The notes under the pieces: generated by a model
Databases searched by the model: none
Seen by the model: the letters and a program-made list of their open reading frames with translations, nothing else
Told to the model about the DNA's origin: nothing
Origin: Chiloscyllium plagiosum
Taxonomy: Eukaryota
NCBI RefSeq assembly: GCF_004010195.1
Contig: NC_057754.1
Span: 11,600,008-11,664,007 of the forward strand
Length of the DNA stretch: 64,000 nt
Direction of reading: 5' to 3'
In this document: positions 39,221 to 53,110 of the stretch, piece after piece
Position numbering within the stretch: position 1 is the first letter of the stretch
Layout of the letters: each line of letters begins with the position of its first letter
Translations under genes and position numbers: made by a program

Positions 39221-40394
39221 TACTCCTTGGATGCTGCCTAACCTGCTGTGCTTTTCCAGCACCACACTCTCGACTCAGATCTCCAGTATCTGCAGTTCTC
39301 ACTTTCTCCTATTCATGTACTTAGCTAATTGTTGTAAATGTTGTAACTGTATGTGCATTTACCGCTTCCTCTGGCAATTCATTCCACACAAACTATTCTT
39401 TGTGTAAAAAAGTTGCCCCTCAGTTCCCTTTTAAATCTTTCTCCTCTCACTTTAAAAACATGCCTCCTAGTTTTGAACTCCCCCACCATGGGAAAAGACC
39501 TTGGCTATTCATCTTATCTATGCCCCTCATGATTCTATAAACCTCCATAAGGTCATCTCTCAACCTCCTACATGCCCGTGAAAAAGGTTTCAGCCTAACC
39601 AGCAATTTTAAAACTCGCCTTCCATTTCCAGCAAAAGTCTTGGAAAATCTTTTCCAAAGTCACTCCAGTTTTTTAATATGCTTCCTATAACAGGGCAACC
39701 AAAACAGCACACAGTATTCCAGAGGATGTGCTAGCATTGGAGGAGTCTAGAAAAGGTTTACTATATGATCCCAGGGATGAAGGACTTGTCACACATGTAC
39801 CAGTTGAAGAATCAGACTATGTATTCAATGGAGTTAAAAGTATAAGGTCGATATGATTGAAATTTACAGAAGTATACTGAGAGGCCTGCATAGAATGGAG
39901 GTAGAGGAGATGTTTCAACTCATAGGAGAGACCAGGATCCGAGGGCACTGCCTCAGAGTGAAGGGACAATACTTTAGAACTGAGATGAAGAGTAGTTTCT
40001 TCAGTCAGAGGGTGGCAATTCTGTGGAACTCATTGCCTGAGAGAGCTGTGGAGGCCAAGTAATTAAGTGTATTCAAGACAGAGGTAGATCTGTTCTTGAC
40101 TGGTATGGGGATCAATGGTTATGTGAGAAGGCTGAAGACAGGAGAAGGGGGTTGAGCAACATAGCAACCATGATCAAATGGTGGAGCAGACTTGGTGGGC
40201 CAAATGGCCTAATTCTGTTCTGATATCTTATAGTTATTCTGGGTGACTTCAATCTGCACGTAAATTGAGCAAATCACATCAGTAACAATACGATAGAGGA
40301 GACATTCCAGGAGTGTGTATGAGATGGTTTTCTGGATTGATACATTGCGGGCTCAAATGAAGTCCATATTCAAGTGCCTACGGTGTAATAGCCA

Positions 40395-40605
40395 GGGGTG
40401 GGTTAACTGAGTTGGCTGGCCAGCTGGTTTGTGATGCAGAGTGATGCAACAGCATGTGCTCAATCTCTGTTTCGGCTGAGGTCACCATGAAGGTCCCACA
40501 TTCCTAAACTTGCCCATTGCGTGAGATATGGTAACCTTCATGTTAAAGCAACATTAGCCATCTCTCTCTCTCTCAAGTGAGAAAACAGTCCTATGGTCTT
40601 CTAGT
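40395..40605 (+). mobile_element. Second tRNA-like SINE family (also 62690-62870, -)
   Basis: gttggctggccagctggtttgtgatgcagagtgatgc...gctgaggtcaccatgaagg; two dispersed copies. Confidence 0.6.
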
Positions 40606-42534
40606 ACTAAAGCAACTTTAATTTCAAAATGTTAATTATGTCACGAAAAGGGAAGAATTGGCAATCTAGCTGTATGAGGCCCCTTGTAGGAGACTGAAGA
40701 ATTCAGTCAGAACTCAGAACTCGACATTAAGATGGAGAGTGACAGAGTTGATTCTGAGACGAGGGGCTAAAATCTAAATAGAGGCAATTACAATGGTGTG
40801 AGGCATTAGCAGGCTACAATAAATTGGGGGACAGAACATAAAGGGAGGACAAACATTTAAAGAGCACGTGAAGGAACTACAACTGTTGTTCATTCCTGTT
40901 TGGCACAAAATAAAATGGGAAAGGTGGCCCTGCCATGGCTAACAAGGAATATTAGGGACAGCAATGGATCCAAGGAAGGGGCGTACAAATTGGCCAAAAA
41001 GAGCAGCAGACATGAAAACTGGCAGCAATTCAGATTTTAGCAAAAGAAGAATAAGGCATTGATTAAGATGGGAAAGTTAAGAATAAAAATAAGCTTACAG
41101 AGAATATACAAACTAAAGGGAAAAGCTTCTAAAAGTTATATGAAGAGAAAGAAATGATTAATGAAAACCCGTATCAACAGAAACAGGGGAAGTTATCATG
41201 TGAAATAAAGAAATGGCAGAGCAATCAACTACATATATTAAACATGGAACATAGAGCAAAGAACATTAAAGTACAGTACGGGCCCTCGGACCTCAATGTT
41301 GCGCCGACCTGTGGAACCAATCTGAAGCCCGTCTATCCTACCCTACTCCATTTTCATCCATATGTCTATCCAACAACCATTTAAATGCCCTTAAAGTTGG
41401 CGCATCTACTACTGTTGCAGGCAGGGCATTCCACGCCTCTTCTACTCTCTGAGTAAAGAAGCCACCTCTGACATCTGTGCTATATCTGCTATCCCTCAAT
41501 TTAAAGCTATGTCCACTCATGCTAGCCATCACCATCTGAGGAAAAAAGCTCTCACTGTCCACCCTATCTAACCCTCTGATTATCTTATATGTCTAAATTA
41601 TGTCACCTCTCAACCTTCTTCTCTCTAACGAAAACAGCATCAAGTCCCTCAGCCTTTCCTTGTAAGACCTTCCCTCCATACCAGGCAACATCCTGTTAAG
41701 GTTCTACATTCTTCTTATAATGTGGTGACCAGAACTGTACACAAAATTCCAAGTGCAGCTGCACCAGAGTTTTGTAAAGCTGCAGTATGTCCTCGTGGCT
41801 CTGAAATTCAATCCCTCGACCAATAAAAGCTAACACACCTTACGTCTTCTTAACAACCCTATCAACCTGGGTGGCAACTTTCAAGGATCTATGTACCTGG
41901 ACACTAAGATCTCTCTGCTCATCTACACTACCAAGAATTTTACCATTAACCCAGTACTCTTTATTCCTGTTGCTCCTTCCAAAGTGAAGCACCTCATACT
42001 TTTCCGCATTAAACTCCACTTGCTATCTCTCAGCCCAGTTCTGCAGCTCATCTGTGTCCCTCTGTAACTGCTACATTTTTCGGCACTATCCACAACTCCA
42101 CCGACCTTAGTGTTGTCCGCTAATTTACTAACCCGTCCTTCTATGCCCTCATCCAGGTTATTTATATAAAATGACAAACAGCAGTGGCCACAAAACAGAT
42201 CCTTGTGGTACACCACGAGTAACTAAATTCCAGGCTGAAACCGCTAAATCACTCTCAATCCCATGCCTCCATATTTTGTGCAATAGCCTCCCGTGGAGAA
42301 CCTTATCAAATGCCTTAGTGAAGTCCACGTACACCACATCAACCACTTTACCTTCATCCACCTGTTTGATCACCTTCTCAAAGAACTCAGTAAGGTTTTG
42401 GCACTTGGGAGCACTGCTAACTGGTGTTGTGTGATTTTTAACTTCGTCCACTCCAGGCACCCCTACATTACAGTTTTAAGATACTCATGGATAAGGAGTA
42501 GGGTGTCCTTGGGTGAAGACGAACTACTTTTTAA

Positions 42535-42802
42535 ATTTTATTCCCTATGGTGTGGAAACAGGCCATTTGGCTCAACAGGTCCATACCTACCCTCTGAAGA
42601 GTAACCCACTCAGACCCATTTTCCTCTGACAAATGCGCCTAACACTGGGCAATTTATCATGGCCAATTACCTGACCTGAGGAAACCCACACAGATACGGG
42701 GAGAATATGCAAACTCCACACAGTCACCCAAGGCTGGTATTGAACCCAAGTCCCTGGCACTGTGAGGCAGTAGTGCTAACTACTGAGTCACCGTGCCACC
42801 CC
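42535..42802 (-). mobile_element. HE1 SINE
   Basis: HE1 reverse complement. Confidence 0.85.
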
Positions 42803-43184
42803 TTTACACTACACTACAATATTAGGCAGGAACTGACGAATTTTGATTGAGGCAGCTGTTTCAGGGTAAATCCACTATGGACATGTGGGGGTATTTCAAA
42901 CAGCAGTTGATAAGAGTTCAGAGTGGCATGTTCCTGTCAGAACGAAGGATGTGTGTGGCAAGTTACATGAACTTTGGAAGACCAGAAATCTTGTGACCTT
43001 TGTCAAAAAGGAAAAGCAGCATATGGAAAGTCCAGGAAGATGGGCCCTGATAAAGCAAGTGCATCAGGAATGTAGGAAATAACTTAAACAAGGAATTAGA
43101 AGGCCTAAAAGGGGTAATGAAAAAGAGGTAGGTGAGGTCCTATACGAATACTTTGTCTTGGTGTTGGTGGAGGGTCTCAGAAAA

Positions 43185-43910
43185 ACAAGTGTCAAATTTG
43201 ATGAGAAGGATATAGAAGCCTTTTTCATCTCATTTGTGAAGGTAGCTAAACAAATGAATTGGCCAGATACCATGTGGGTTTTGTTGATCTAAACAAAGCT
43301 GGTACGTAGAGCTAGTGAGGTATTTGCCTTACTATCAGAGGAGGTATCTGGGGCTAATGAGGAGGTGAAGAAAGCCATCTTAAGTGCATATAAGCTTGTG
43401 CCAGATCTAAGGAGGGACCTTGGTCAAACATACATTGAGTTTGTAAGGATCACACAACACAATTTTGATGGATGGGTAAGAGCATTAAAAATAGATCAAA
43501 CATATGAAGCTCTGAGGGAGATGATTATTTTGAAGGAGTTCAAAAATTCACTTCCTGAGGTGGTGACAACTCACATGGAAAAGCAGAGAGTTAAAACGGC
43601 AAGATTAGCAGCTGAAATGGCTGATGATTATGAGTTGATTCATACATCAAAGTTTGGCTTCAGAGGATCAATTTCAATCCGGGAGGGATAGAAATTGGGG
43701 AAAAGAGAAATCTTCATGTGGTGAGGAAACAGTAGATCTCAGTGAAGATAATAAAGATAGCTTAACACAGGATATAAAGGAAACTCATGAAGGGGAAAGA
43801 GAAGTTTAAAAAGCTCTGGTGTTTTCACTGCAATAAAATAGGCCACATGAAATCGCAGTGTTGGTGGGTTAGAAAAAACACTGGGAAGAGAGGTAGGAAA
43901 ACAGGATAAC
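43185..43910 (+). mobile_element. Gypsy (Gmr1-like) gag fragment with SCAN-like region and zinc knuckle
   Basis: KFDEKDIEAFF..W..VKKAILSAYKL..LREMIILKEFKNSLPEVV..AAEMADDY; CFHCNKIGHMKSQC at 43820-43861. Confidence 0.8.
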
Positions 43911-44978
43911 CTTGCCACCCAAGGGTTGTTAAGAAGGCATATGGTGTGTTGGCTTTCATTAGCAGGGGGATTAAGTTTAAGGGCTGTCAGGTTATGCTTC
44001 AGCTCTGTAAAGCCCTGGTTAGATCATACTTGGAATCTTGTGTTCAGTTCTGGTTGTCTCATTATACGAAGAATGTGGAAGCTTTAGATAGGGTGCAGAG
44101 GATATTTACCTGGATGCTGCCTGGAGTGGAGGGCATGTCTTATGAAGAAAGGTTGAGGGAGCTGGGGCCTTTCTCATTGGAGCAAAGAAAGATGGGGTGA
44201 CTTGACAGAGGTGTACAAGATGGTGAGGCATAGATAGAGTGGATAGCCACTCTTGGGCCTCTGCTCTTTGTAGTTTTTAAAAATGACTTGAATGAAGAAG
44301 TGGAAGCGTTAGCAAGTTTGCCGATGACACAAAGGTTGGTGTGTTGTAGACAGTGTAGAGAGCTGTTGCAGGCTGCAGCAAGATATTGACAGGATGCAGA
44401 GCTGGACTGAGAAGTGGCAGAACGAGTTCAACCTGGATAAATGTGAACTGATTCATTTTGGAAGGTTGAATTTGATTGCTGAATACAGAGTTAAGGACAG
44501 GATTCTTAGCAGTGTGGTGGAACATACAGAGATCCCTCAAAGTTGCCACCCAAGTTGATAGGGTTGTTAGGAAGGCGTATGGTGTTTTGGCTTTCATTAA
44601 CAGGGGGACTGAATTTAAGAGCTGCCAGGTTTTGCTGCAGCTCTATAAAACCTTGTTTTGATCACATTTGGAATATTGTGTTCAGTTCTGGTCTCCTCAT
44701 TGTAGGAAGGATGTAGATGCTTTTGAGAGGGTGCAGAGGAGATTTACCAGGATGCTGCCTGGATTGGAGGGCTTGACTTATTTAGAGAGGTTGAGTGAGC
44801 TTGGTCTTTTCACACCAGAGAGAAGAAAGAACAGAGGTGACTCGATAGAGGTATACAAGGTAATGAGAGGCATAGGTAGAGTAGATATCCAGAGACTTCC
44901 CCGCAAGGCTAAAATGGCTGTCACAAGGGGCCATAATTTTAAGGTGACTGGAGGAAGGTATAGGGGAGATGTCAGAGG
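43910..44978 (+). mobile_element. CR1 fragments
   Basis: CVQFW and VQRRFTRMLPG motifs occur twice. Confidence 0.85.
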
Positions 44979-45230
44979 GAGGGGAAAAACCACCATGTAA
45001 CATCTGTCTGCCTAAGAAGAACAGGGGGCCCATGCAGTCATTTGGGCTCTGCTGACGCCTCAGCTAAATATATGGATATATGATTGATAAACGTACAGAC
45101 CTGTATATACAAATGATAAATTCTGATCTCTGTATGCAAAGAAATGGAATGTTTACGTATGTATGGCATGACCAACTGTACAGAGCATCAAAATATTTTA
45201 TGAATAAAGTATGTTTTGAAATTAAAAAAA
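44979..45230 (+). mobile_element. Tx1/L1-like LINE 3' end
   Basis: GKTTM*, 3'UTR, atgaataaagtatgttttgaaattaaaaaaa. Confidence 0.6.
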
Positions 45231-45231
45231 T

Positions 45232-46093
45232 TGTATCAGACGTCAACTGTGCAAGTTTACCTTATGAACTCTCCAATTAGCTCAGACTGGTACCTCTTTA
45301 TGATAGGAGTTTATCTTGCTAGCAGGCACCTAATTTGGCTGGGTATGTTTTTCCCACCTGATGAATGGTTTAGGGCTTGTAGGAGTGATGTGATTAGATT
45401 AGATTAGATTACTTACAGTGTGGAAACAGGCCCTTCGGCCCAACAAGTCCACACCGACCCTCCGAAGAGCAACCCACCCAGACCCACTCCCCTACATTTA
45501 CCCCTTCACCTAACACTACGGGCAATTTAACATGGCCAATTCACTGAACCTGCACATTTTTGGACTGCGGGTGGAAACCAGAGCACCCGGAGGAAGCCCA
45601 CGCAGACAGAGGGAGAATGAATTACAGCAGTTCAAAACGACACACAGACAGTTGCCTGAGGCGGGAATTGAACCTGGGTCTCTGGCGCTGTGAGGCAGCA
45701 GTGCTAGCTGCTGTGCCACTGTGCTGCCAATTAGTCAAGCGTACACAGACTTGTCAATTTAACGTTTCTTCCTTACGAATTATTGTCTTTCACTTATCTG
45801 TTAACTTTTGTATAAAGGAAGCCACTTTGTAGCAGTACATCGGAGTAGCCTGCTGGGGCACTTGAAGAGCTGGTACCCTACTCTCCGAGGTTATGAGAAC
45901 CTAATTAGTTTAGCTTATAGGTATCAGTGTTATATTGCTATTAGTGAATAAAGGGGATGACTAAAATTAAACTAAACTGTCTGTAAGAGACTTTTATTCC
46001 AGACTTCCAAAGAGTATGATCTCTGGGACGAACCGAGAGAGGCTTTACAGGTCTGAGTCCACAAGGGATTCCCTGGGCCGTCTCAAATCTAAC
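45232..46093 (+). mobile_element. Putative solo LTR containing an HE1 SINE (45393-45728, -)
   Basis: TGT...AACA ends, tataaa near 45811, aataaa near 45947; the HE1 is clear, the LTR call is tentative. Confidence 0.4.
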
Positions 46094-46526
46094 AACAGGT
46101 TAATGATTTAGGCTTGAAATCCACATTCCCATTTGGTCTCGATAATGCTTTAAAAAAAAAATCACTCATGGGACATGGGCATCTCCGGAAGCTTTATTGC
46201 TGTCCTGACTTGCCTTTGAGAATGGGATGCTGAGCTGTCGTTTTGAACCGCTGTAATTCATGAGCTGTAGATAGACCCACAATAATGTTTGGGAAGGAAT
46301 TCCAGAATTTTGACCCTGCAACACTGAAGGAACAGAGATATATTCCAAGTCAGGATGGTGAGTGGCTTCAACAGGCTTCATGCCCAAAGAGTCTCAGAGA
46401 TCTACAGCACAGAAAAAGGCCATTCGGCCTACCGTTCTGGGCAGGTTAAAAACAACCACCAAACTATTCTAATCCCATTTTCCAACACTTGGCCACAGCC
46501 TTATATGCCTTAGATTCACAAGCGCA

Positions 46527-47449
46527 CATAGAGTCATTGGGATGTACAGCAAGGAAACAGACCCTTTGGTCCAAATCATCCATGCCGTCCAGAATCCAAA
46601 CCTAATCTAGTCCCATTTGCTGGCACTTATCCCTCCAAACCCCTTATATTCATATACCCATCCAGATGCCTTTTAAATGCTGCAAATGTACCAGCCTCAA
46701 CCACTTCTTATAGCAGCACTTTCCATACATGCAGCATTCTCTGCGTGAAAACGTTGGTCCTGAGGTCACTTTTATATCATTCCCCTCTCACCTTAAAGCT
46801 ATGCCCACTAGTTCTAGACTCCCCCCACCCCAGGGAAAAGATTTTGTCGATTTATCCTATCCATGCCCCTCATGATTTTATAAACCTCTATATGGTGATC
46901 CCTCAGCCTGCAATTCTCCACAGAAAACAGCCCCAGCTTAGATTAGATTCCCTACAGCATGGAAACAGGCCATTCGGCCTAACAAGTCCACTCCGACCCT
47001 CCAACGAGTAACCCACCCAGACCTATTCCCCTACATTTACCCGGACTAACATGATGGGCAATATAACATGGCCAATTCACCTGACCTGCATATCTTTGGA
47101 TTGCGGAAGGAAACACAAGCAGACTCGGGGAGAATATGCAAACTCCACACAGACAGTCACCCGAGGCTGGAATCGAACCCGGGTCCCTGGCACTGTGAAG
47201 CAGCGGTGCTAACCACTAAGCCACCATGCCACCCCTATTCAGTCTCTCCCTGTAGCTCAAACACCCTTGTAAATTTTTTGAACCCTTTCAAGTTTCACAA
47301 CATTCTTCCGAAGGGAAGGAGACCAGACTTCCACACAATATTTCAAAATTCGCCTAACCAATGTGCTGCACAGCCGCAACATGACCTCCCAACTCCTAAC
47401 TCAATGCACTGTCCAATAAAAGAAAGCATACCAAATGCCTTCTTCACTA
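46527..47449 (-). mobile_element. CR1 3' fragment with nested HE1 (46938-47235, -)
   Basis: CR1 3'UTR and ORF2 C-terminus. Confidence 0.85.
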
Positions 47450-50400
47450 TCGGGGCCAGTGACCATAATTCCATTAGATTTAAAATACTGATGGAAAAGG
47501 ATAGACCAGTTCTAAAAGTTGAAGTTCTAACTTGGAGAAAGGCTAATTTTGATGATATTAGGCAAGAAATTTCAAAAGCTGACTGGGGGCAGATGTTCGC
47601 AGGTAAAGGGACGGCTGGAAAATGGGAAGCCATCAGGAATGAGATAACGAAAATCTAGAGAAAGCATATTCCTGTTAGGGTGAAAGGAAAGGCAGGTAGA
47701 TATAGCAAATGCTGGATGACTAAAGAAATTGAGAGTTTTGTTAAGAAAAAGAAGGAAGCATTTGTAAGGTATAGACAGGATAGTTCGAATGAATCCTTAG
47801 AAGAGTATAAATGCAGTAGGAGTATAGTTAAGAGGGAAATCAGGAGGACAAAAAGGGGACATGAGATAGCTTTGGCAAATAGAATTAAGGAAAATCTAAA
47901 GGGTTTTTACAAATACATTAAGGACAAAAGGGTAGCGAGCGAGAGAATAGGGCCCCTCAAAGATCAGCAAGGTGGTCTTTGTGTGGAGACGCAGAAAATG
48001 GGAAAGGTACTAAGTGAGTATTTTGCATCAGTATTTACTGTGGAAAAGGATATGGAAGATAGAATGTAGGGAAATAGATGGTGACACCTTGCAAAATGTC
48101 CATATTACAGAGGAGGAAGTGCTGGATGTCTTGAAATGCATAACGGTGGATAAATCCCTAGGACCTGATCAGGTGTACCCCAGAACTCTGTGAGAAGCTA
48201 GAGAAATGATTGCTGGGCCTCTTGCTGAGATATTTGCATCATCAATAGTCACAGGTGAGGTGCCGGAAGACTGGAGGTTGGCTAACGTGGTGCCACTGTT
48301 TAAGAAAGATGCTAAGGACAAGCCAGGGAACTACAGACTAGTGACCTGACATCGGTGGTGCACAAGTTGTTGGAGGGAATCCTGAGGGACAGGATGTACA
48401 TAGATCCTAGAAAAGTACAGCACAGAATAGGCCCTTTCACCCACAATGCTGTGCGGAGGTTTAATCCAAATGTAAAATATAGTAACTTAACCTACGCACT
48501 CCCCAACTCACTGCCATCCATGTGCATGTCCAGCAGTCGCTTAAATGTCCCCAATGACTCTGCTTCCACCACCACAGCTGGCAACGCATTCCATGCATTC
48601 ACAACTCTCTGCGTAAAGAACCTACCTCTGATGTCTCCTTTATACCTTCCTCCTAATTTCTTCAAACTATGACTCCTTATAAAAGTCATTCTGCCCTGGT
48701 GAAAAGTCTCCGGCTATTGACTCTATCCATTCCACTCATTATTTTGTACACCTCAATCAGGTCTCCTCTTTTCCTCCTTCTCTCCAGAGAGAAAAGTCCG
48801 AGCTTATTCAACCTCTCTTCATTAGGCAAGCCGTCCAGTCCTGGTAAACCTTCTTTGCACCCTCTCCAAAGCCTCTGTATCTTTCCTATAGTAGGGCGAC
48901 CAGAACTGGACACAGTTGGGTGGCAACTTTGAGGGATCTATGTACTTGCAAACCCAGATCCCTCTGTTCCTGCACACTGTCAAGAATCCAGTCTGTAATT
49001 TGATATTCAGCATTCGGGTTCGACCTTCCAAAATGCATTACTTCACATTTATCCAGGTTGAACTCCATCTGCCATTTCTCAGCTCAGCTCTGCATCCTGT
49101 CTATGTCGTGCTGCAGCCTGCAGTAGTCCTCTATACTATCGACGACACCTCCAACATTTGTATCATCTGCAATTTACTAACCCACTCCTCAACCTCCTAA
49201 TACAAGTAATTTATAAAAACTACAAAGAGCAGAGGCCCAAGAACAGAGCTCTGCAGGACCCCACTCAACATTGACCTCCAGGCAGAATACTTTCCATCTA
49301 CAACCACTCTCTGCCTTCTGTCAGCCAGCCAATTCTGAATCCAGATAGCCAAATCTCCTTGTATCCCATACTTCCTGAATTTATGAATGAGCCTACCATA
49401 GAGAACCATATCAAATGTATTTGGAAAGGCAAGCACTGATTAGGGATAGTCAAAATGGCTTTGTGCGTGGGAAATCATGTTTCAAAAACTTGATTGAGTT
49501 TTTTCAGGAAGTAACAAGGAGGATTGATGAGGGCAGACTGGTAGACATGATCTATATGGACTTCAGTAAGGCGTTCAACAAGGTTCCCCATGGAGACTGG
49601 TTAGCCAGGTTATATCTCACGGAATACAGGGAGAACTAGCCATTTGGATACAGAACTGGCTCAAAGGTAGAAGACAGAGGGTGGTGGAGGGTGGTTTTTC
49701 AGACTGGAGGCCTGTGACCAGTGGAATGTCACAAGGATGTGCTGGGTCCGCTACTTTTCATCATTTACAGAAATGATGTGGATGTGAGCATTAGAGGTAG
49801 TTAGTAAGTTTGCAGATGACACCAAAATTGGAGGTGTAGTGGACAGTGAAGAAGGTTACCTCAGATTACAACAGGATCTTGACCAGATGGGCCAATGGAC
49901 TGAGAAGTGGCAGATGGAGTTTAATTCAGATAAATGTGAGGTGCTGCATTTTGGGAAAGCAAATCTTAGCAGGACTTATACATTTAATGGTATAGTCCAA
50001 GGGAATGTTGCTGAACAAAGAGACCTTGGAGTGCAGGTTCATAGCTCCTTGAAAGTGGAGTCGCAGGTAGATTGGATAGTGAAGATGATGTTTGGTATGC
50101 TTTCCAATTATTGGTCAGAGTACTGAGTACAGGAGTCGGGAGGTCATGTTGCAGATGTACAGGACATTGGTTAGGCCACTGTTGGAATATTGCGTGCAAT
50201 TCTGGTCTCCTTCCTCTTGGAAAGATGTTGTGAAACTTGAAAGAGTTCAGAAAAAATTTACAAGGATGTTGACAAGGTTGGAGGATTTGAGCTATAGGGA
50301 GAGGCTGAACAGGCTGGGGCTGTTTTCCCTGGAGCGTCGGACACTGAGGGATGACCTTATAGAGTTTTACAAAATTATGAGGGACATGGATAGGGTAAAT

Positions 50401-50728
50401 AGGCAAACACTTTTCCCTGAGGTCAGGGAGTCCAGAACTAGAGGGCATAGGTTTAGGGTGAGAGGGGAAAGATATAAAAGAGACCTAAAGGGCAACTTTT
50501 TCCACACAGAGGGTGGTATGTGTATGGAATGAGCTGCCAGAGAAAGTCGTGGAGGCTGCTACAATTGCAACATTTAAGAGGCATTTGGATGGGTATATGA
50601 ATAGGAAGGGTTTGGAGGGATATGCACTGGGTGCCGGCAGGTGGGACTAGATTGGGTTGGGATATCTGGTTGGCATGGATGAGTTAGACCGAAGGGTCTG
50701 TTTCCATGCTGTACACCTCTATGACTCT
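47450..50728 (+). mobile_element. CR1 ORF2 to 3' end with nested antisense CR1 (48399-49414)
   Basis: Same subfamily as 7876-12283; ctctatgactct tail. Confidence 0.9.
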
Positions 50729-51386
50729 AATATCGTGATCATTCTTCCCTAAGGGACCATGCTCATTTTGGTTGTCAATTATTCCTGTCTTGTTACCCAA
50801 TACCTTTTTGGTTCTTCAATGCATTGATTGATAAAACTGTTCCATATACATGCTAAGAATTCCTCCTCCAGCACATCACTACTGATTTGATTTGCCTAAT
50901 TTATATGCCGATCAAAGTCACCCATAATTACAGCTATAGTCTTATTACTTGCATCTGTAAATTCGTTCCAATGTCTTCAAATTACCACAGCAGCTTGTAT
51001 TCTATATATAACCCTACTATTGTTTTCTGCCTACTGGTGTTTCTAAGTTCAACCTATACAGATTCTACTTCACCACAACTTACAATAATATTAATTTCCT
51101 TTATTAATCAGCAATTCTGACACCTCCTTTTCCTTATTGCCTCTACAAGCTGTCCTCCTTAGACAACCCTCTGATTCCAGGTATCAATCCAGTAAACCTC
51201 CTTTGAACCATCTCCAACAAATCTACACATTTCCTGACAGATGACGATGGAAATCGTGCACAGTATGAGAAATGCAGTCTCACCAATTCCCTGCATAAAT
51301 AAAGCAGAACATCCGTACATTTATGTTCTACTCCTGTCATAAAAAAGGTAGCAGCCTATTAACATTCTTGACTATACGCTCTATCT

Positions 51387-51564
51387 GGGAGAGAGAGGAC
51401 TGCAGATGCTGGAGACCAGAGTTGAAAAAAGTGTGGTGCTGGAAAAGCGCAGCAGGCCAGGCAGCATCCGAGGAGCAGGAGAGTCTTATGCCCGAAACGT
51501 CGATTCGCCTGCTCCTCGGATGCTGCCTGGCCTGCTGCGCTTTCCCAGCACCACACTTTTCAAC
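51387..51564 (-). mobile_element. Palindromic PLE mini-element (family B)
   Basis: Inverted arms; TSD actatacgctctatct (51371-51386) / actacacgctctatct (51565-51580). Confidence 0.85.
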
Positions 51565-51812
51565 ACTACACGCTCTATCTTCATTCCAAAACTGTAACTC
51601 ATGCTTTAAATCCTTCTGCACCTCGGAATTCTGCAGTCAGTCATACTCCATTCAAAAGTATTCTGCACTAATTTATTCCTCCTGCCGAAATGCATGACTT
51701 CACATTTTCCCACATTATACTACTATTTACTAAACCTATCCATCTCTGTCCGCAACTTATGTCCTCATTATAACATTTCCCCCCCATTCTTAGCTACCAT
51801 GCCTTCATTCCC

Positions 51813-51924
51813 CTATTTAAGTGATTTATGTAAATTCTAAAAGATTGGGTAACGTATGGCAAGAGACACTATTTAAGTGATTTATGTAAATTCTAAAAGA
51901 TTGGGTAACGTATGGCAAGAGACA
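51813..51924. repeat. Perfect 56-bp tandem duplication
   Basis: ctatttaagtgatttatgtaaattctaaaagattgggtaacgtatggcaagagaca x2. Confidence 0.95.
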
Positions 51925-52289
51925 CAGGGGTAACAACTGTAAAACGTTTTTTTTCCAGAATGAGTGGTGCTCCCCATTCCTCTGTACTTAATGGTTGGAA
52001 ACGAAAAGATTCAATGACTTACATCGGCCAAATTATTTTCTGTGCCTTTACATTCTTTCTAATGTGTTGAAGACTGATTTCTGCGGCCTGTGTTCATAAC
52101 ATAAATCCAGACATCAATGGGATAAATCTGTACTGCTCCCCCAAGGAGGTCTACAGCTCCTTTTTCCTCAGGTGCAGTACCCCAACCGAGACACATCCTC
52201 TGGGACTGCTCTGAGCACGATTTCGAATCTCTCGGAGTTTTCCCAGTGACACTGATCTCGGAAGTATTTTCTTACAGACAAACCTTTTA

Positions 52290-52930
52290 CCTCGCACGGT
52301 GAAAGGCGAATGATAGTGAGGTACTAGTGAATGGAGTGACTCTGTCGGATCTTGCTGCGATATTTGATTGGAATTGAAGACTTGGAAATGTTTCCCACTT
52401 TATGTGCTGTAAAAAATACGAATACAAAGGCATCCTCCCCTGAGACCAGGACACAGCCTTACACCTCACGACTTTCAAACCCGTCTGCTGCTTCACTAAT
52501 TGGTTGGAGCACGAGTTGCTTCCCTCCCCCGGATTGACGTCCATTCCAACGTTCTGATTGGTTGGATCAACCTGTCCCGCCCCTGTCTCACAATTGGTCG
52601 TGTCAAGTTATTAACCTCGTGGTCAAGGAGCTGCGAAATGCGTATCATTCACTGGGATCGCGAGCTGAATGGAATGTGTTTTAGCGCCGCGTGTGATGGT
52701 TGTTAAGAAATGTCCGTTTATCTCATGTCTAGGCGGTATGTCAAAGTGAAAGTTAGCGTTTGTTGCAATATTCTGGCAAGACGTTAGGTCTCAACCTCCA
52801 AGTATGTTGTTTCCGGGGCTGCGATTTAAGCCGCAGAGAGCTTAAAGCTTTCCCCGGTCAGTGGCCTCCATCTTCATTCAGTGGGTGAGGGTAGTGCACA
52901 GGGACAGTCAGCGCAGCGATGTCACAGTGA
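52290..52930. promoter_or_regulatory. CpG-enriched promoter, possibly bidirectional
   Basis: ATTGG boxes at 52499, 52557 and 52593; GC box 52576; TGACGT 52535; + donor gtgagt 52927; - donor (gag|gtaaa) at 52290. Confidence 0.55.
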
Positions 52931-53110
52931 GTAGGCGGGGCCTTCTTTAGCCCCCCCCCCTCCATCTGGGCCTCTGCTGCTTGTTTCCCGGTGGGAGGGA
53001 GGAAGGCTTATTGCGGGAAAAAGGCACCGTGAAGGGGATTTGAAACTGGATGGGATAAAACGCAATCATCCCGCAGATTACAACTCCTGTAACCGCCTGT
53101 AAACTTACAG

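Larger units (their letters stand above)
39310..43160. mobile_element. Mosaic of CR1 fragments on both strands
   Basis: CR1 ORF2 and 3'UTR motifs; 41240-42400 (-) is best preserved. Confidence 0.75.

Noticed and set aside
52190..52240. tRNA-Ser-like remnant (ttcgaatc)
   Set aside because: No A box or cloverleaf; similarity too weak
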